NCBI RefSeq assembly: GCF_018977255.1
Contig: NW_024704742.1
Location: forward strand, 23,996,001 to 24,060,000
Direction of reading: 5' to 3'
Source: Callorhinchus milii
Taxonomy: Eukaryota
Length of the DNA: 64,000 nt
Shown: piece after piece, positions 11,420-24,800 of the stretch
How the letters are laid out: the number at the start of each line of letters is the position of its first letter
Position numbering within the stretch: position 1 is the first letter of the stretch
Translations under genes and position numbers: made by a program
The notes under the pieces: generated by a model
What the model was told of the DNA's origin: nothing
Seen by the model: only the letters and a program-made list of their open reading frames with translations
The model's database searches: none

Positions 11420-12840
11420 CGTCTTCAGGTCAGGGATAAAAGAGATTTGTTTTTAAATGCTGCAGCGTGCAGTAGAGGAAAGATAACATTACTGCAGCAG
11501 ACAAACCTTTGAAGAAAAAAAAAGCAAAACCACTAAAATTGAAGGTATGAAAGACAAATCTGCAGAGGCCTGTGCAGGCATGTTTAGGTGGCGACACTAG
11601 AACAGAGCCGGCAGTCTTGCTTCCGACAGCACTCTTCTCAAACACGCCAATAACCACCTAGTATTTTGGGGCTGTTCATCAACAATGGCTTTTTTTCCAT
11701 GGCAGCAAAGAGTTCTTGTTTATCTCTCTTCAATGAAAATCAATAAAGAACTAAAACACAAACATACAAGAGAAACCTTTTCCTAACCTCAGACTTGCCT
11801 TTTGAAAATGACAATTATTGGCAGCCACTTACTACAAAGATAATAATAATCCTTGCATTTGATACAGCACCTTATCACATTGTTGAGATGTCCCAAAACG
11901 TTTCAGTCTACTGTAAAATGAATTGACTGTATATTTTGTGGGCAAAACGCAGCAGCCAATTGTGCACAGCAGTGTCCCACAAACATTCGTGGATTGAGTG
12001 ACCAAATTATTATTATTATTATTTTAAGGAATTTATTGAAGATCAGACTAGTCTGCTTGCTTCAGCATTACAGATTCCTTATCTATTGGGCTACAAGTTT
12101 GAGGTAAATTTCATGGATAATAGTCATTGTTACCACTTGATATATTTTCCAAGTGTTTTTAAAACAATACTTTGAAGGGGCTACCGGCTGATAAAACCGT
12201 TTAAAAGACCAACCTTGGAGTCTGATGCTTCTATTTCATATAAAGGAAAGAAATGCTGTTCTTCAGACAGGTTTTGGCTATATTCCCATTTTTTTTCTTT
12301 AGTAGTATACAGTAGTATCATTTATCATTTAGAGCAAAAAATGATCAGAAGACATTACAATGTTTCACATCTGTTGCATAAGAAGCTTTACAAAGTCTAC
12401 ATCATACAATCTTCCTCCCTTGTATGTTCGTCCACACATTCTAATTTTACCTTGATGCATCCTAATGATACGCTTCAGCATGGTGACTAAACATGGTGTT
12501 TGTGGTGTGGCAAAAGTTTTTTTCCTTTTCTCAGAAGTGGTGATTAGATTACAAGTATTGTTAGCTCTATGACCAAACAGCAACATAGTGGCAGCTCTGT
12601 ATCAGCACAAAAGCAACATTGTTATCTGAGTTGACAGTTTTCATAGTCTTGTTAAATGCTTTTAAAAGATCTAATAGAAATTTAAAAGAAATCTAATATT
12701 TCTATTTCACTCACATTTACTCTGAAAAGAAAGCCTCTTGTGTTTCCATTTTTATCTTTTCCTTACTCCCATCTTATTTTTTTCTTTACTCCCCTTAATT
12801 TTTTCTTTACTCCCCTTTCCTCTCTTTATTACATACTATT

Positions 12841-13070
12841 CCACGAGTGAATGCACAGGCAGAGCTTGTCCCCAGGCCTCTGCCGATATTGCCTGAACAG
12901 ACCAACACTAAGTAACAGAAGAATTGCAGTTTAACTCTAATTATTCCTCTTGAGACGTCCAGGGCATCACAACCCCTCCATGCAGCACCTTCCAGTGACT
13001 CCTCATTTAGAGACGTGCTGGTAAACCCTTGTCATACGGCTTCAGAGTACACTGTTGCTCATTAACAGAT
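12841..13070. repeat. Unclassified interspersed repeat A, copy 1 (copy 2 at 19748-19983)
   Basis: Both begin ccacgagtgaatgcacaggcaga(g/a)cttgtccccaggcc and stay colinear for about 230 bp. Confidence 0.85.
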
Positions 13071-14169
13071 TATGTCACTATAGAGATTGGATTTTTAAAA
13101 AATATTGCCAAATCATGTTAAAACTCCTCGCAGTCCTTCATCAGTAATTGCTGTCAAGAGTCGCAATTTTGCAGGTGATTGCAGCACTCATTCACCAAGC
13201 AGGTTTCCAGAACCAGCCATGAGGTGAATGTCCAATTTACCTGGAGGACGATTGGCCAGAATACCGGAAGAAACATTCCCTTCTTGATTAAGTTATAAAA
13301 TCTTCAACCACTCCAAATATTACTTACTGCATTCTGCCAATATTACTTGCCTCTTAATGGCATAGAGATCAGTGCTTGGCTGCACACCAAAGACTTTGCC
13401 TGCATGCTGGAGCACCACGCTGTCTTACTTTATCTGAATTTTTTGAAAGAATACATTTGTACTGCTGCTACTCTCACTTTAGGCTGATGATTCAAGCTTC
13501 ACAAGAACAGGGCAACTGACCAGGTTTGAGTAAAAACTTTATTAGATCTTCTAAATTAACAACAGTCCTACCTTAGACTGGAGGCAGGTAAACCTGGAAG
13601 CCATTTGCACCAGCAGCATTCCACAAACAGCCATGAATTTGAATCTCTTTCTGTCCAAATGTAAAGTTTCCAAATAATCCCTCATGTGATTATACAAGCA
13701 GCTGGAGCTTGTAACTTCATCTCGCGGAAAGCCATTTCAGTGAGAAAAGTCGTTTGTTGAAAAAAAAAACACTAGATCCCACCTTGTCCGGCCAGATCCA
13801 GGACTTTTAAGTAGAAAAAGTCACTTCGTGCCATAGAACGTTATAATTACATTTAAGTTTGGCTCAGTAAAATGAATTGTTACATCTGGGTGAAAAAGTT
13901 TTGGATTGAAGTCATGCAGCGGGATTTGAGCTCAGTTCAGGCTAACACCACTACAGTGCTGCAAGAGTGCTGCATTGTCAAAAGTGCCACGTTAGACTGA
14001 AGTCCCACCTATCTATTAAGACCAATGTTAAAGATTCCATGGCACTGCTCGAAAAGAGACTTCCTCCAAGGTCTGCGACATAATCCTCTACACTAATTTG
14101 TAATTCACTCTATGGCTGCACTAAATGGCTGTCATATTTGCCCATTTGAGATGTTAAACATGACAAAAC

Positions 14170-14395
14170 ATAAAAATCTATAGCATAGAAGGAGGCCATT
14201 TGGCCTATCACACCTGCACCAGCTCACAGAGCAAGGATATCGCTTCAATCCCACCGCCCTGCCTTATCGCATACCCGTTCAAGTTCTTCTCTTTCATATA
14301 CATATGATTCCCTCTTGAAAGCTACAATGGAACCCGCCTCCACCATCCTACCCTACAGGGTGTTCCACATCCTAACTATTCGCTGGTTGAAAAAA
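14170..14395 (-). mobile_element. CR1 LINE 3' end
   Basis: agcatagaaggaggccatttggcctatcac..., reverse complement of the CR1 tail. Confidence 0.7.
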
Positions 14396-14605
14396 ATCCA
14401 AAGTTTTTCTTTCACTGTTCAAATAAACAATAACATAATAATAATAAAACCTGACAAAGCAACCACCTCTATTAAGCAGCCATCTGCAGTCAACAACCAC
14501 CCTGGGATTGATTTTCCATAATTTTTACCCCTTCAGTAGCTAGTTCTAAGTGAATAATGATAATCATTGCTTTTGATATAGTGCCTTTTTAACAAAGGCA
14601 CTATT

Positions 14606-14753
14606 AATTTCTAGGCGCCCGTGTGTAGACTCCCACTAGACTCCTAGTGAATTTACCAATGCCGCACTGAGCAGCCCATATAACGCCTCACCGGTGAAGC
14701 AGCATTGATAAATGTGCTGAGTCTAGCGGGAGTCTACAGGAAAGTCTGGAATT
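14606..14753. mobile_element. Palindromic MITE-like element
   Basis: TGTAGACTCCCACTAGACTC (from 14624) vs GAGTCTAGCGGGAGTCTACA (to 14738) 19/20 complementary; inner arms 13/15. Confidence 0.65.
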
Positions 14754-17089
14754 TTTAAAAAATTGTTTCGGGCCCAGTCAACAAACCCTTGCTCAGAGGC
14801 AGCTCTTTCATAAAGACTGCTTTGGTCCAGTCCCGAGTGGTTGCTGAAAACCAGTTCGACTGCAATAATAGGACATCATAAAAACACAAGTTATCAGAAA
14901 TCACCTTAAAGGAAGTCATAAATAGTTTCTAGTTGTCACTTTCAGAACAGCACTTTTTTGCCTCCTCCTGCCCGCCCCATACAAAAAAAATCTACGAATT
15001 AAGAAATAGAAAAAATATAGGAAAATTAAAATTTCAAAACAAAGTTGAGCAAAGTCGAAACGGGATGGTTAAATAGCAGGAAAAGCAATGAGATAAAGGC
15101 AAAAAGAGTGAGATAGGAAGCTAGCTATAAATAAGTGTGAAGGAGGGGTGTTTTCTTGAAAAAAGTGTTTTGACAGGGAAGATCAAGTCACTTGCAAAAG
15201 TCATAATGCAAACTGCATCAGCATTATTTGTGTGTAAGAATAAAGAAAAGGGTTAGAAGTTCATGCACAACTGACCATGCTACTTCAGCAGTGCTTTCTT
15301 GTTTACGTCATAATTCTTATCCTTTGGATGACATGTTAAACCAAAGTCCTATTTGCCACTTCTGATGGCTCATACCAGATTCTAAGAGAATCTATGCTCA
15401 TTCATCTCATTGTTGGGCAATTTAGCTGCAACGTTTGCCTAATTAACAGTCAGTGTCTGGGGAGGGGGCGAGGGAGTGGATGTACAATATATTGCCCATA
15501 AAATCCACAACTGTTTGTGGGACACTGCTGTGCGCATTTTGCTGCTGCATTTGACCCACAAAGTAAACAGTCAATTCACTTTATAGTATATTCTGTGAAG
15601 CGCTCTGTGACATCTCGAAGACGTGATAAGGCGCTATATCAAATGCAAGGATTATGATTATGACAGTTACCACAGTTTCAAAGTAACTCATTTGTGAAGC
15701 ACTTTGAGTCGTGACGATAAGTTTCTATATCAAATGCAATTTAAAAAAAATAAAATTCATCCACAACGGACCATTCTACTTCAACAGTAACATTCTAAAT
15801 ATGTACAAATTACATAAATGGAGTATAATGTTGTGCTATATCAAATTTGTGGATTATTATTATTACACCACTCCCTTCTCCTATGTATTTGGAATCAATC
15901 AACCTTTTTATAAAACCAAACTATGACCAATAACAGATTAAATTGTTCACATAAGTAAGCCAAGAGGTATAGTATTCAATGTTGTCATCTTGTGTTCACT
16001 AGCAGGAAGTCTGTGTACTTTGAAATGATGTTGCTTTCAGTCCTTCAGAAAATAAGCAAAGAAAATGGTGGCTACTTAAAATTTCAGTATCTAAAACAGT
16101 TAGGGCTTCTTAACAACTCTCACCAGACTCAAATCTCTAGGATATCTGTTGGGATTTGACAGACTGGAACAATGTCCTATTTTACAAGTTGTAACTATTA
16201 AAGCACAAATGCTTTGCCTTCATTCCAAGAAACCATACTTTCATTCCTTTGCAACAAAATAAATGTGTCTTGTAAGCAAACAATTGTTACATTCTACAGT
16301 CTTCTCGTTGTCCCTTCACCAATGTTATTGTGTGAACAACTCCAATAATGTATTTATAAACTACAGATGTAAAAAGTCATGATACCATTACAATGTCTAA
16401 TAAGTCTTAAAGAAATTATGATTTTTTTTACATAATAGGATAATTATCACAGTTATTTTGGTCACCCTGAATAAACCAGTACAGGAAAAAAAAGTCACCC
16501 TGGTATACATGATCACGATGCATCTTGAAATAATTAATTTATTGTTATACTTGCTAAATTCAAAGGAGAGTATTTTTATGAGTCAGATTTTGATTATCTA
16601 ATGATTTTAGGTCTGATATACTGTACTTATTTTTTTAAAAGGAAAAAAAGTCATTGGGCTTTCAGTCTCAAAGGGAATTATTGCTGTAGTTTCAAAGTAA
16701 TCTGCAGCAATTCATTAAGAACAGATGATAATGGTCAACAAAATCAGCTTCTTGGAAACAAACACTGACACTTAGCAAAAATATTTTTATTTTCTTCCTA
16801 ACAACATATTTGCATTCTATCACTTTATTTCTACTCTATCTTATTTTGTAAAGACTTCGAGACATTGATTTATATGAAAGGCACAATACAAATGCAAGTT
16901 GCTGTTGTCAACAATTGTTTGATAAACTTCAATCACTGGATGTTGAAAGTATTACCATTTAAGAGTCGTCCTCAATAATTTATTAAAATAACAGTACAGA
17001 AAATAATCTATATCAGCACCAGTTGTGATCTTGTCAACATTTTAATTTCGAGCAGAACTGAATCTGTTGCACTCTGGTCAATCTATCCA

Positions 17090-17555
17090 GAGTGAGCAAC
17101 ACACATGTCAGAGGAGATTTACCAGGATATCAGTAATGAATGTTTGGCCGATGAGCAAAGACTGGAGGAACTGGGACTTTTTCCACTGGAACAAAGAAGG
17201 TTAAGGGGCGACCCAATAGAATAATCATTTTTTTTTTCTAGAGCCAATAGGGAGAGATTGCTTCCACTGGTCGTTGAGTCAGTGATGAGAGGGCATCAAT
17301 TTAAGATAGGTAGCAAATGGGTAAATGGGGAGGTTAGAATTGTTTTCAGAGAGTGGTTAGGATATGGAATGCCCTGCCAGGAGCAGTGGTTGAGGCAGAA
17401 TCCGTATTAAATGTCAAAAGGGAATTAGATATCTCAAAAGGATGAAATACAGGGTATGGGGAAAGGGCAGGTAAATGGGACTGAAAGGATTGCTCTTTAA
17501 AAGAGCTAGCACAGACATAATGGGCTGAATAGTCTTCTGTGCTGTAAATTGCTAT
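17090..17555 (+). mobile_element. CR1 LINE 3' end
   Basis: LEELGLFPLEQRRLRGDPI (CR1 LGLFSLExRRLRGDL motif) and tail tgggctgaatagtcttctgtgctgtaa. Confidence 0.88.
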
Positions 17556-17944
17556 GGCTGTAGGACAGAAATTCCTCCTCAAGAGTAATAGTGCTGCAGT
17601 TCCACTTGTTGGGACAGGTTTTCGTACCATCCATTGGATAATATAAGACCTATACAGATTCTCCTTGTGTTTTTTCGTTTTATATATTTTATAGAAATAA
17701 TATTTGCACATGTTTTAAAACCGAGGAATCGTTTGCTCAGATGGCTATCATGAGTGCCTCAAGCCTTTGCATAAATATATTGCATTCAAAAAATACCCCA
17801 ACCAAACACTGAAATACTTAATCCCTCAGTTTTTATATTCTTTTTATATAGTATAATAGTAAAATACTATATTTAATTTTGTATTAATGTTGAAATGTCT
17901 TTTGATCGATTCACACGAGTTGCATTTTGAAGTCTATTGATGGT

Positions 17945-18315
17945 TAATAATAATAATCTTTGCATTTGATATAGCGCTTTTTCCATCATCTAGACGCCTC
18001 AAAGCGCTTCACAGAATAGACTGTAAAGTGAACTGACTGTATATTTGTGGGTGAAACGTGGCAGCCAATTGCGTACAACAGAGTCCCACAAACAGTCGTG
18101 GATGAAGTGACCAAATTATCATTGTATGTTTTGAAGGATTATCATCCCTGGAAAAGTGATCCACCAATCGACTAACAACTGGATTCCTACTTACTGCTAA
18201 GTAAACAGAGTTGTGTGGAGTAAGGAAACTTGCTCAACATTTCGCCCTGCTGGGAATCAAACCCAGGAGTCTCGCTAGTGGAGCGAGTACTCTAACCACT
18301 GAGCTACAGGACTCC
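17945..18315 (-). mobile_element. tRNA-derived SINE, longer-middle subfamily
   Basis: Same head and tail as 39135 plus internal ctctgtttacttagcagtaagtaggaatccagttgttagtcgat. Confidence 0.88.
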
Positions 18316-20349
18316 AGTTGTTCAATAAGAAAACGCAGCAGAAAATCTGTGCCAGCAACATCTCACCACAAGAACTGAGATGAAAATATATATCATACCA
18401 CTGTAATAAAATGGTACAATTTTATTTTTTGTCTTATCACTTAAAAATGCCTCAAAGTGCTTTACAATTTACAATTAGAGTGTCATCTCTGCAGCTTCAT
18501 AGGCAAATGTGACAGCAAATCTGCACCAACAATGTCCATAACAGGATGATTGAAGGATTTTTTTGGTGGTGCTTGAGATTCTATTGTGGTGATCTTAAGT
18601 CACCCCATTGTACAACAGAACACAAGCACCAAGGAAAGAGCATTAACAAAACATTATGTATTGTGTTATATTATGCAATCACAAGCCAATCCACAGATAA
18701 ATGTTCAAGTCTCTTCCAAAAACTCTCCAAAAATGAATCGGCAGTGTGCTGTCAGATGGCCACTCTGTTGGGGGAAGGGTAATAAAATTCATGTTTAACA
18801 AACACTCTGTTCCTTCTAAACAAACAAATCAGCACCAGTGCGTACTATGTACGGAGTTATTTATTGCCTTGAAAATGATTCTGAAGGTCAATATTCAATT
18901 CCATTATGTGTTGGACAACTATTAAATGCGAGTTAGCACTTTCACCCCTGAGATCTCAATTCAAATCCAACTAAGACTGATGGTATAGAAAACTTGTAGC
19001 CACTGTAAGGAATCAAACTGGAAAAAAAANGCATGGGCAGTATTAACAAAGTAGGTGCAGGTTCTGGGCACAAAACTGAGATTCCCAAACTGGAAATAAA
19101 GACCTGGCATAGTAAAACATGATAAAGAAATCACAAAAGTAGTCAGAGTACCTAAAATGGGAAAACGTTTCAATGGCCAAAGCTAACATTAGTCACCTTC
19201 ATCATATATATAATAAACAAAATGGAAAGGAAAAATTAATTTTATACTGGTTGTAGACACATATTTTACTAAAACATGGGCACTCGATAATAAATATGCA
19301 ACAATGGTTGAGTAATAAGTCATTAAAATTTTAATTGACATCTGGTAATGTTTGCTAAATAATATCGAAACATTTTGAACGTCAGAATCCTCAATATGGC
19401 AATCTTCATAGCAGTGACAAAAGAACATATGTATTTCCTTTAAAACTGTTCTTTAAATTAATGTTTCTAATTGAGAGGCCAAATTAACAACTCATTTCGG
19501 GCTAAGATTAAATAGCTGCAAAGCAACACAATATTGTCCACAAATATCAAAACTGTACACTCCAACCATGTATCAATTCAAAAAAAAATCAAATCTCTTT
19601 CTGAAATACTTCAACTGCCAACCATCACCCACTATTGATCCAGTTAAAATCTTTGTTATAATGGGAGCTTATGTACTTGCATTAAGAACAAGTAATTACA
19701 ATTTCCTATATAAACAGAGACAACTGTGTAATAAAGAAAAACGTTTTCCACGAGTGAATGCACAGGCAGAACTTGTCCCCAGGCCCCTGCCAATGCTGCC
19801 TGTGAACAAGCCAATACTAAATGGTAGAAGCATTGCAGTTTAATGCTAATTATCCCTCTCAAGACATGCAGGGCATCGCAAATGCTCCACGCAGCAACTT
19901 CAACTACTTCCTCATAGAGAAAGATGCTGGTAAACCCATGTGCTACTACTTCATGATACACTCTGTCACTCCACTTACAGATTGAAATAAATAATCCTCG
20001 CATTTGATGTATTGCCTTATCATGTCATTGAGGCGTTCAAAACCCTCCACTGGATATGCTGTGAAGTGGATTGACTGTGTATTTTGTGGGCGAACCACAG
20101 CAGCCAGTTTTGCGCACAGTAATGTCCCACAAACAGCCTGGAGTGAGTGACCAAGACATTAGAAGAAGCTTCCTTCCTTTCTGAATAGCGCCATGGGTTC
20201 TGTCCAGTTGAACAGGCAGACAAGACCTCAGTTTAACATCTCATCTGAAGGAAGCACCCTGGACAATGCAACACCCGCCCAGCACTGCACTGGAGTGTCA
20301 GCCTAGACTATATGAATCCAAGTCCCAATGTGGGGCTTGATCTCGTCTG

Positions 20350-20685
20350 AAGATTTTCAGGTGGGACTTCAAAAAGGGGAGAGAGGGGGCAAGGCGGAGG
20401 AATTGAGGGAGAATGTTCTGAGTTTCGGGTGTAGTGGCTGAAAGCGCGACCTCCAATGGTGGGGAGGAGGGTGCAAGGGTTGAGCAGGAGGCCGGTGACA
20501 GTCGAGCAGAGGCACTGGGTGCTGAATTGAGGAGCGAGGAGGTCAGAGAGTTAGGGAGGTGCCAGAGAGTGAAGGGATTTGAACATGGGTGTGAGGATCT
20601 TGAAGTTGATCTGTTTGGTGATGGGGAGCCAGTGTAGCCTGGCCAGAACTGTTGAGATGTGGATACGGAGTTTGGTCCGGGTAAT
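20350..20685 (-). mobile_element. L2 LINE fragment
   Basis: Reverse complement of the L2 3' region seen at 21080-21832. Confidence 0.75.
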
Positions 20686-21079
20686 TCTTTCCAAAAAAAT
20701 AATGAATTGGTCTCTTCAATCCACGACTGTTTGTGGGACACTGCTGCCGCGTTTCGTCCACAAAATATATAATCAATTCACTTGATTACAGTATATCCTG
20801 TGAAACGCTTTGGGACGTCTTGAAGACGTGATAAAGTGCTATCTCAAATGCAGGAATTATTATTATTATTTCGCATCTTTCATGTCAGATGGACAAAAGA
20901 CTCCTCACAACCAATATATAGTTATGCTTGTTACCACTAGCTGCCTGCTACAAACCTTTGTTCTCCTTCTACATTGCCAATTCTGGGCTGGGCAACTTAC
21001 AAACTAACTATAACATATAATATTATTATATTATATACTCTTGATTGGCTCCCATCAACCCCTCCACACCTCAGGCACT

Positions 21080-21832
21080 GACAGCATAACCATTCAAGGA
21101 TGCACACACCACCTCACTGAGCCAGTCCAGAACCTTGGCATCTTGTTTGACCCTACATCCATGCCATGACTGCTCTGCCTTTTCCCACCCCCGCAACATC
21201 ACCCAGCTCTGCTAATGTCTCACTCCGGAGACCGCCGAGACCCTCGCATTCATAACATCCAGGCTCGACTACGCAAAATCCCTGTTTGTCAGCTTCCCCA
21301 ACTCCTCCCTACGTAGTCTGCAGATCATCCTGAACTTCGCAGCCTGTGTCCTCTCCCGCACCAGGCTCTGCGACCTTATCACCGCCATCCTCACCCGACT
21401 CCACTGGCTTCCCATCACGCAAAGGATACAGTTTGAGAACCTGGTCCTCACCTTCAAAGCCCTCCATGATCTTGCTTCCTTCTACAACCTCCTAACCCCC
21501 TACCAACCTACCCGCTCCCTCCGCTCAGTGAGCTCCGGCCCGCTCCACCATTGGTGAGCGAGCCTTCAGCCACTCTGCCCCACCCTGTGGAACTCCATCC
21601 CGCAGTCCCTCTGCCTCGCCCCCTCCCTTGCCTCCTTCAAGACCTGTCTCAAGACCCTCCTCTTCAACTGTGCCTTCGGTCACCCTCCACACACACACAC
21701 ACAACCCCCCACCACCCCGGCTCACCACCCTCCCTGATCCCCACGCTCAGCTCAGATCCGAAGCACTGACTTTCCAGTGCCTTGGGACGTCCTCCCGACA
21801 TGAAAGGCGCAATGCGAATGTCATTTTATTGG
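21080..21832 (+). mobile_element. L2 LINE 3' fragment
   Basis: SRLDYAKSL...LHWLPITQRIQFENLVLTFKALHDL motif and L2 tail cttgggacgtcctcccgacatgaaaggcgc. Confidence 0.9.
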
Positions 21833-24800
21833 AATAGTACTGATGCACTTGATGCTTCGCTTATTGAAGATTGAAAATGTAGCAGGTAACAAAAGCACAA
21901 TAACCTGGTTTAAGTAAATACTTCAATACATCTTATTATGAGAGACACTGATTGGGCTGACAGGATGAGCTGAATGGCCTTCTGTACTGATCATATCTAA
22001 CCCTACCAGCAGGTACAGCAATATTCTAGTCTTCCTGGGCTGAGAATTAGCTCAGGCACAGATACGAATGGCCATACTGCTGTTCAAGTACAAGGAATAG
22101 CTAAATGCTATAATATTAGTCACACAAAAAGATGTTTGCAGCATTTAATGAAGTACCATGAAATTAAATGCTATAAAGAGATGTTAGTTGAACTCAAAGA
22201 CCTCAGACAATCAGATGTTTGTGAAAATGTGAGGGTTTTGAGCAGCAATTTCTACCACTATTTCCCTGTAAAATGCACATCACCAGGTAAAATGACCACC
22301 TCCAATCCCTTCACATGAAGCAAGTTTTGTTCACTGATTACATTTTGCATCCCAATAACCTGGGTGATAAAGGAAACTTTAGAAATTGTTCCCTTCAATT
22401 CATATTTTTTAAACTTTAAAACTTTCCATTGAATTTTCTTCTTTCTTGCAAATTACACATAGAAATAAACTTCTAAAAATAAATTTCTGACTGGCTGAAA
22501 ACTAGATCTAAAGCCCAGCATTGATGATCATAGAGGGAAGCAGGTTGTTCTCAGATGCGTTTGGATTTGATGGCTGACCAAACCTACATGAGTTAATAAG
22601 TTTGTTTTAGAAAAGTTAAATCCCTTCTTATGTCAATTCCCTGAATGTACAATTTCATGGAAATATCATTCAACTGATGATAGGACCAGTGAGTAAACAG
22701 CCTTTCACAGCAATATGATGGGAAACAGGCGACAACCCACCCACCAACCTAGGCTGCATTTAAAGTGAATTTTATGTGAATTTTTAAAATTTATTTACAG
22801 ATACATTATATAGCAGTGAGACATGATTTATCGCTCACTTGGGGCACTAACTAACTGTCAAGGAACATTGCGAGTGAATTATCAGGTCAGCCTCCTGGCG
22901 GGATGTATCAAATGCTGCAGTTCCTTTATAAATGCAGTGTCTTAGGAACATCAGTCATTCAGATATTGGATTAAAATATAAGACCTTAACTGAAACCTGG
23001 TTTGCACTAAGCACCTCAGCGAGTGAATATGTATGGAAAGATTGATTGGTGGTGCCAAATACATCGACAAGTTCTAATTGAGGCAGTTCTGTGGCCAAAA
23101 TTCTGTTGTATAGTATTTGCAACAGAACAGTCAATGGGCACAACAAAGATAAGGGTCACATATTTGGCTATCTATGAACCATACTGCCTTCAAATAGATC
23201 CTCGTGTGAAACTTGCCTGGGACTGTGGACTATTCCACTAGTATACATTGGCCAATGTACATATCTGATCCATGGGGACCTTGAGCAATTTCCATTTTAA
23301 CAAATATTCAAACAAATCAAGAGTTGGACAATGGTTTACAGTTGAAGTGTTTGCAGATTCACAGTCCAACAAATTGTTTTTTTTAATCTATTTAATAGAA
23401 ACCAGAAAAGCTTATGTGGACTATTTTCATGTTGAAAATAGAGGGGAAAATTTGATGAAAAAAACTGTAAATTCTGTGAAAATCTGCCACAGATTTAACT
23501 TTTCTGTATATGTTAAAGTTTGAAACTACCATGACATTTTTCATAACACTACTCAGGACAGCTCCTTCGATCTTAAGCATCAAATGAGGAAACAAGCTCT
23601 ACTGTATTTCTCTCTTATAGAAGAGAAATTACTGGTTGCAGCCCATATGATTTTTCATTAGAGGGTAAAATAGTCAGATGAAAAGCTGAGAAAAAAANCT
23701 TTGCTTTTTAAAGATGCTTTATTGCATTACAGTCATGTTAAAGTGTACCTGAATTTTCATAACAAATCCAGCAGCTGCATGAGGAGAGGATGCCAACTGG
23801 AAATGGACAAGTTAGACCCTCAATGGGTTAACATAACCTGCCATTCACCCAGAGACCAGGAAGCACTCAGCTCCCTGGACCATGTTCAGCCATTTCAGCT
23901 GTGTGAGAGTATGTGAGAGAAAGAGAACACTCAGCCTGCTTTCCTGCTTGAATCCTTGATGATTTCTGAAATACTCTCCAGAATAAGACAAGCAGGGTAA
24001 GGCTGTCCAGGGAGACAGCGCACATTCCATTCCAGACACAAAAAAATTTCCATGCATTTGTGGAATACAATCTGGTTTAAATACTCTTAAGCATACTGAT
24101 GGAAATCTGCATGTGTCAAACACCTGGCTGACCATTTTTTTCCTGAAATGCTCAAGTACGGATAATAATCTTTGCTTTGATATGGGGGCTCATCGTGTGA
24201 TTCATAGGATTTGACTGTGAAGTGTAGTGACTGTATTTGTAAGCGATACGGTATCTGGTAAGAGAAGAATCAGGCCCAACAGAAAAGTTTCCAATCAAAC
24301 AGTCCACTGACATTCACTTTTGAAAATCACAAATGGAGAATGGCCACTGAGACACAAGGCTCCTCAATCGTATTGCCTCAGCAACCTAAATGTTCATGCA
24401 GCTGAGGAAAAAAGGAGAAATTGAGAGAAAATTGTTTAACATTTGGAATAGCCTAATGGAAGAAAATAGTATTGATTAGAATTAGGAGAGGTACTCAACA
24501 CGACCTTCCAATGGGGTTTGATATTTAAAACATTATATGAATAAAAATAACCATGAAAATGCAAACACTAAGCATTTCCAGACATTATGATTCACCTTTA
24601 CAAAAGTGCATCTATGTGTGTTGAATATTTTAATCTATATTCTCAAAAGGCAGAAGGCGAAGCATCTCGCCATCTGGTTGCAGAACAATAACAGCCAGTT
24701 TGAAATGTTACCAGCCACTTCAAAGAGAAAGGATGAGACTGCTGCTCAAGCTCCAGGATCCTTCCGAAACAACTTTTCCAACTAAAGTTGTATCTAAACT

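Noticed and set aside
11640..11649. 10-mer AAACACGCCA shared with the gamma upstream region (45585-45594)
   Set aside because: Shared 10-mers are expected by chance in 64 kb, and spacing to the exons differs.
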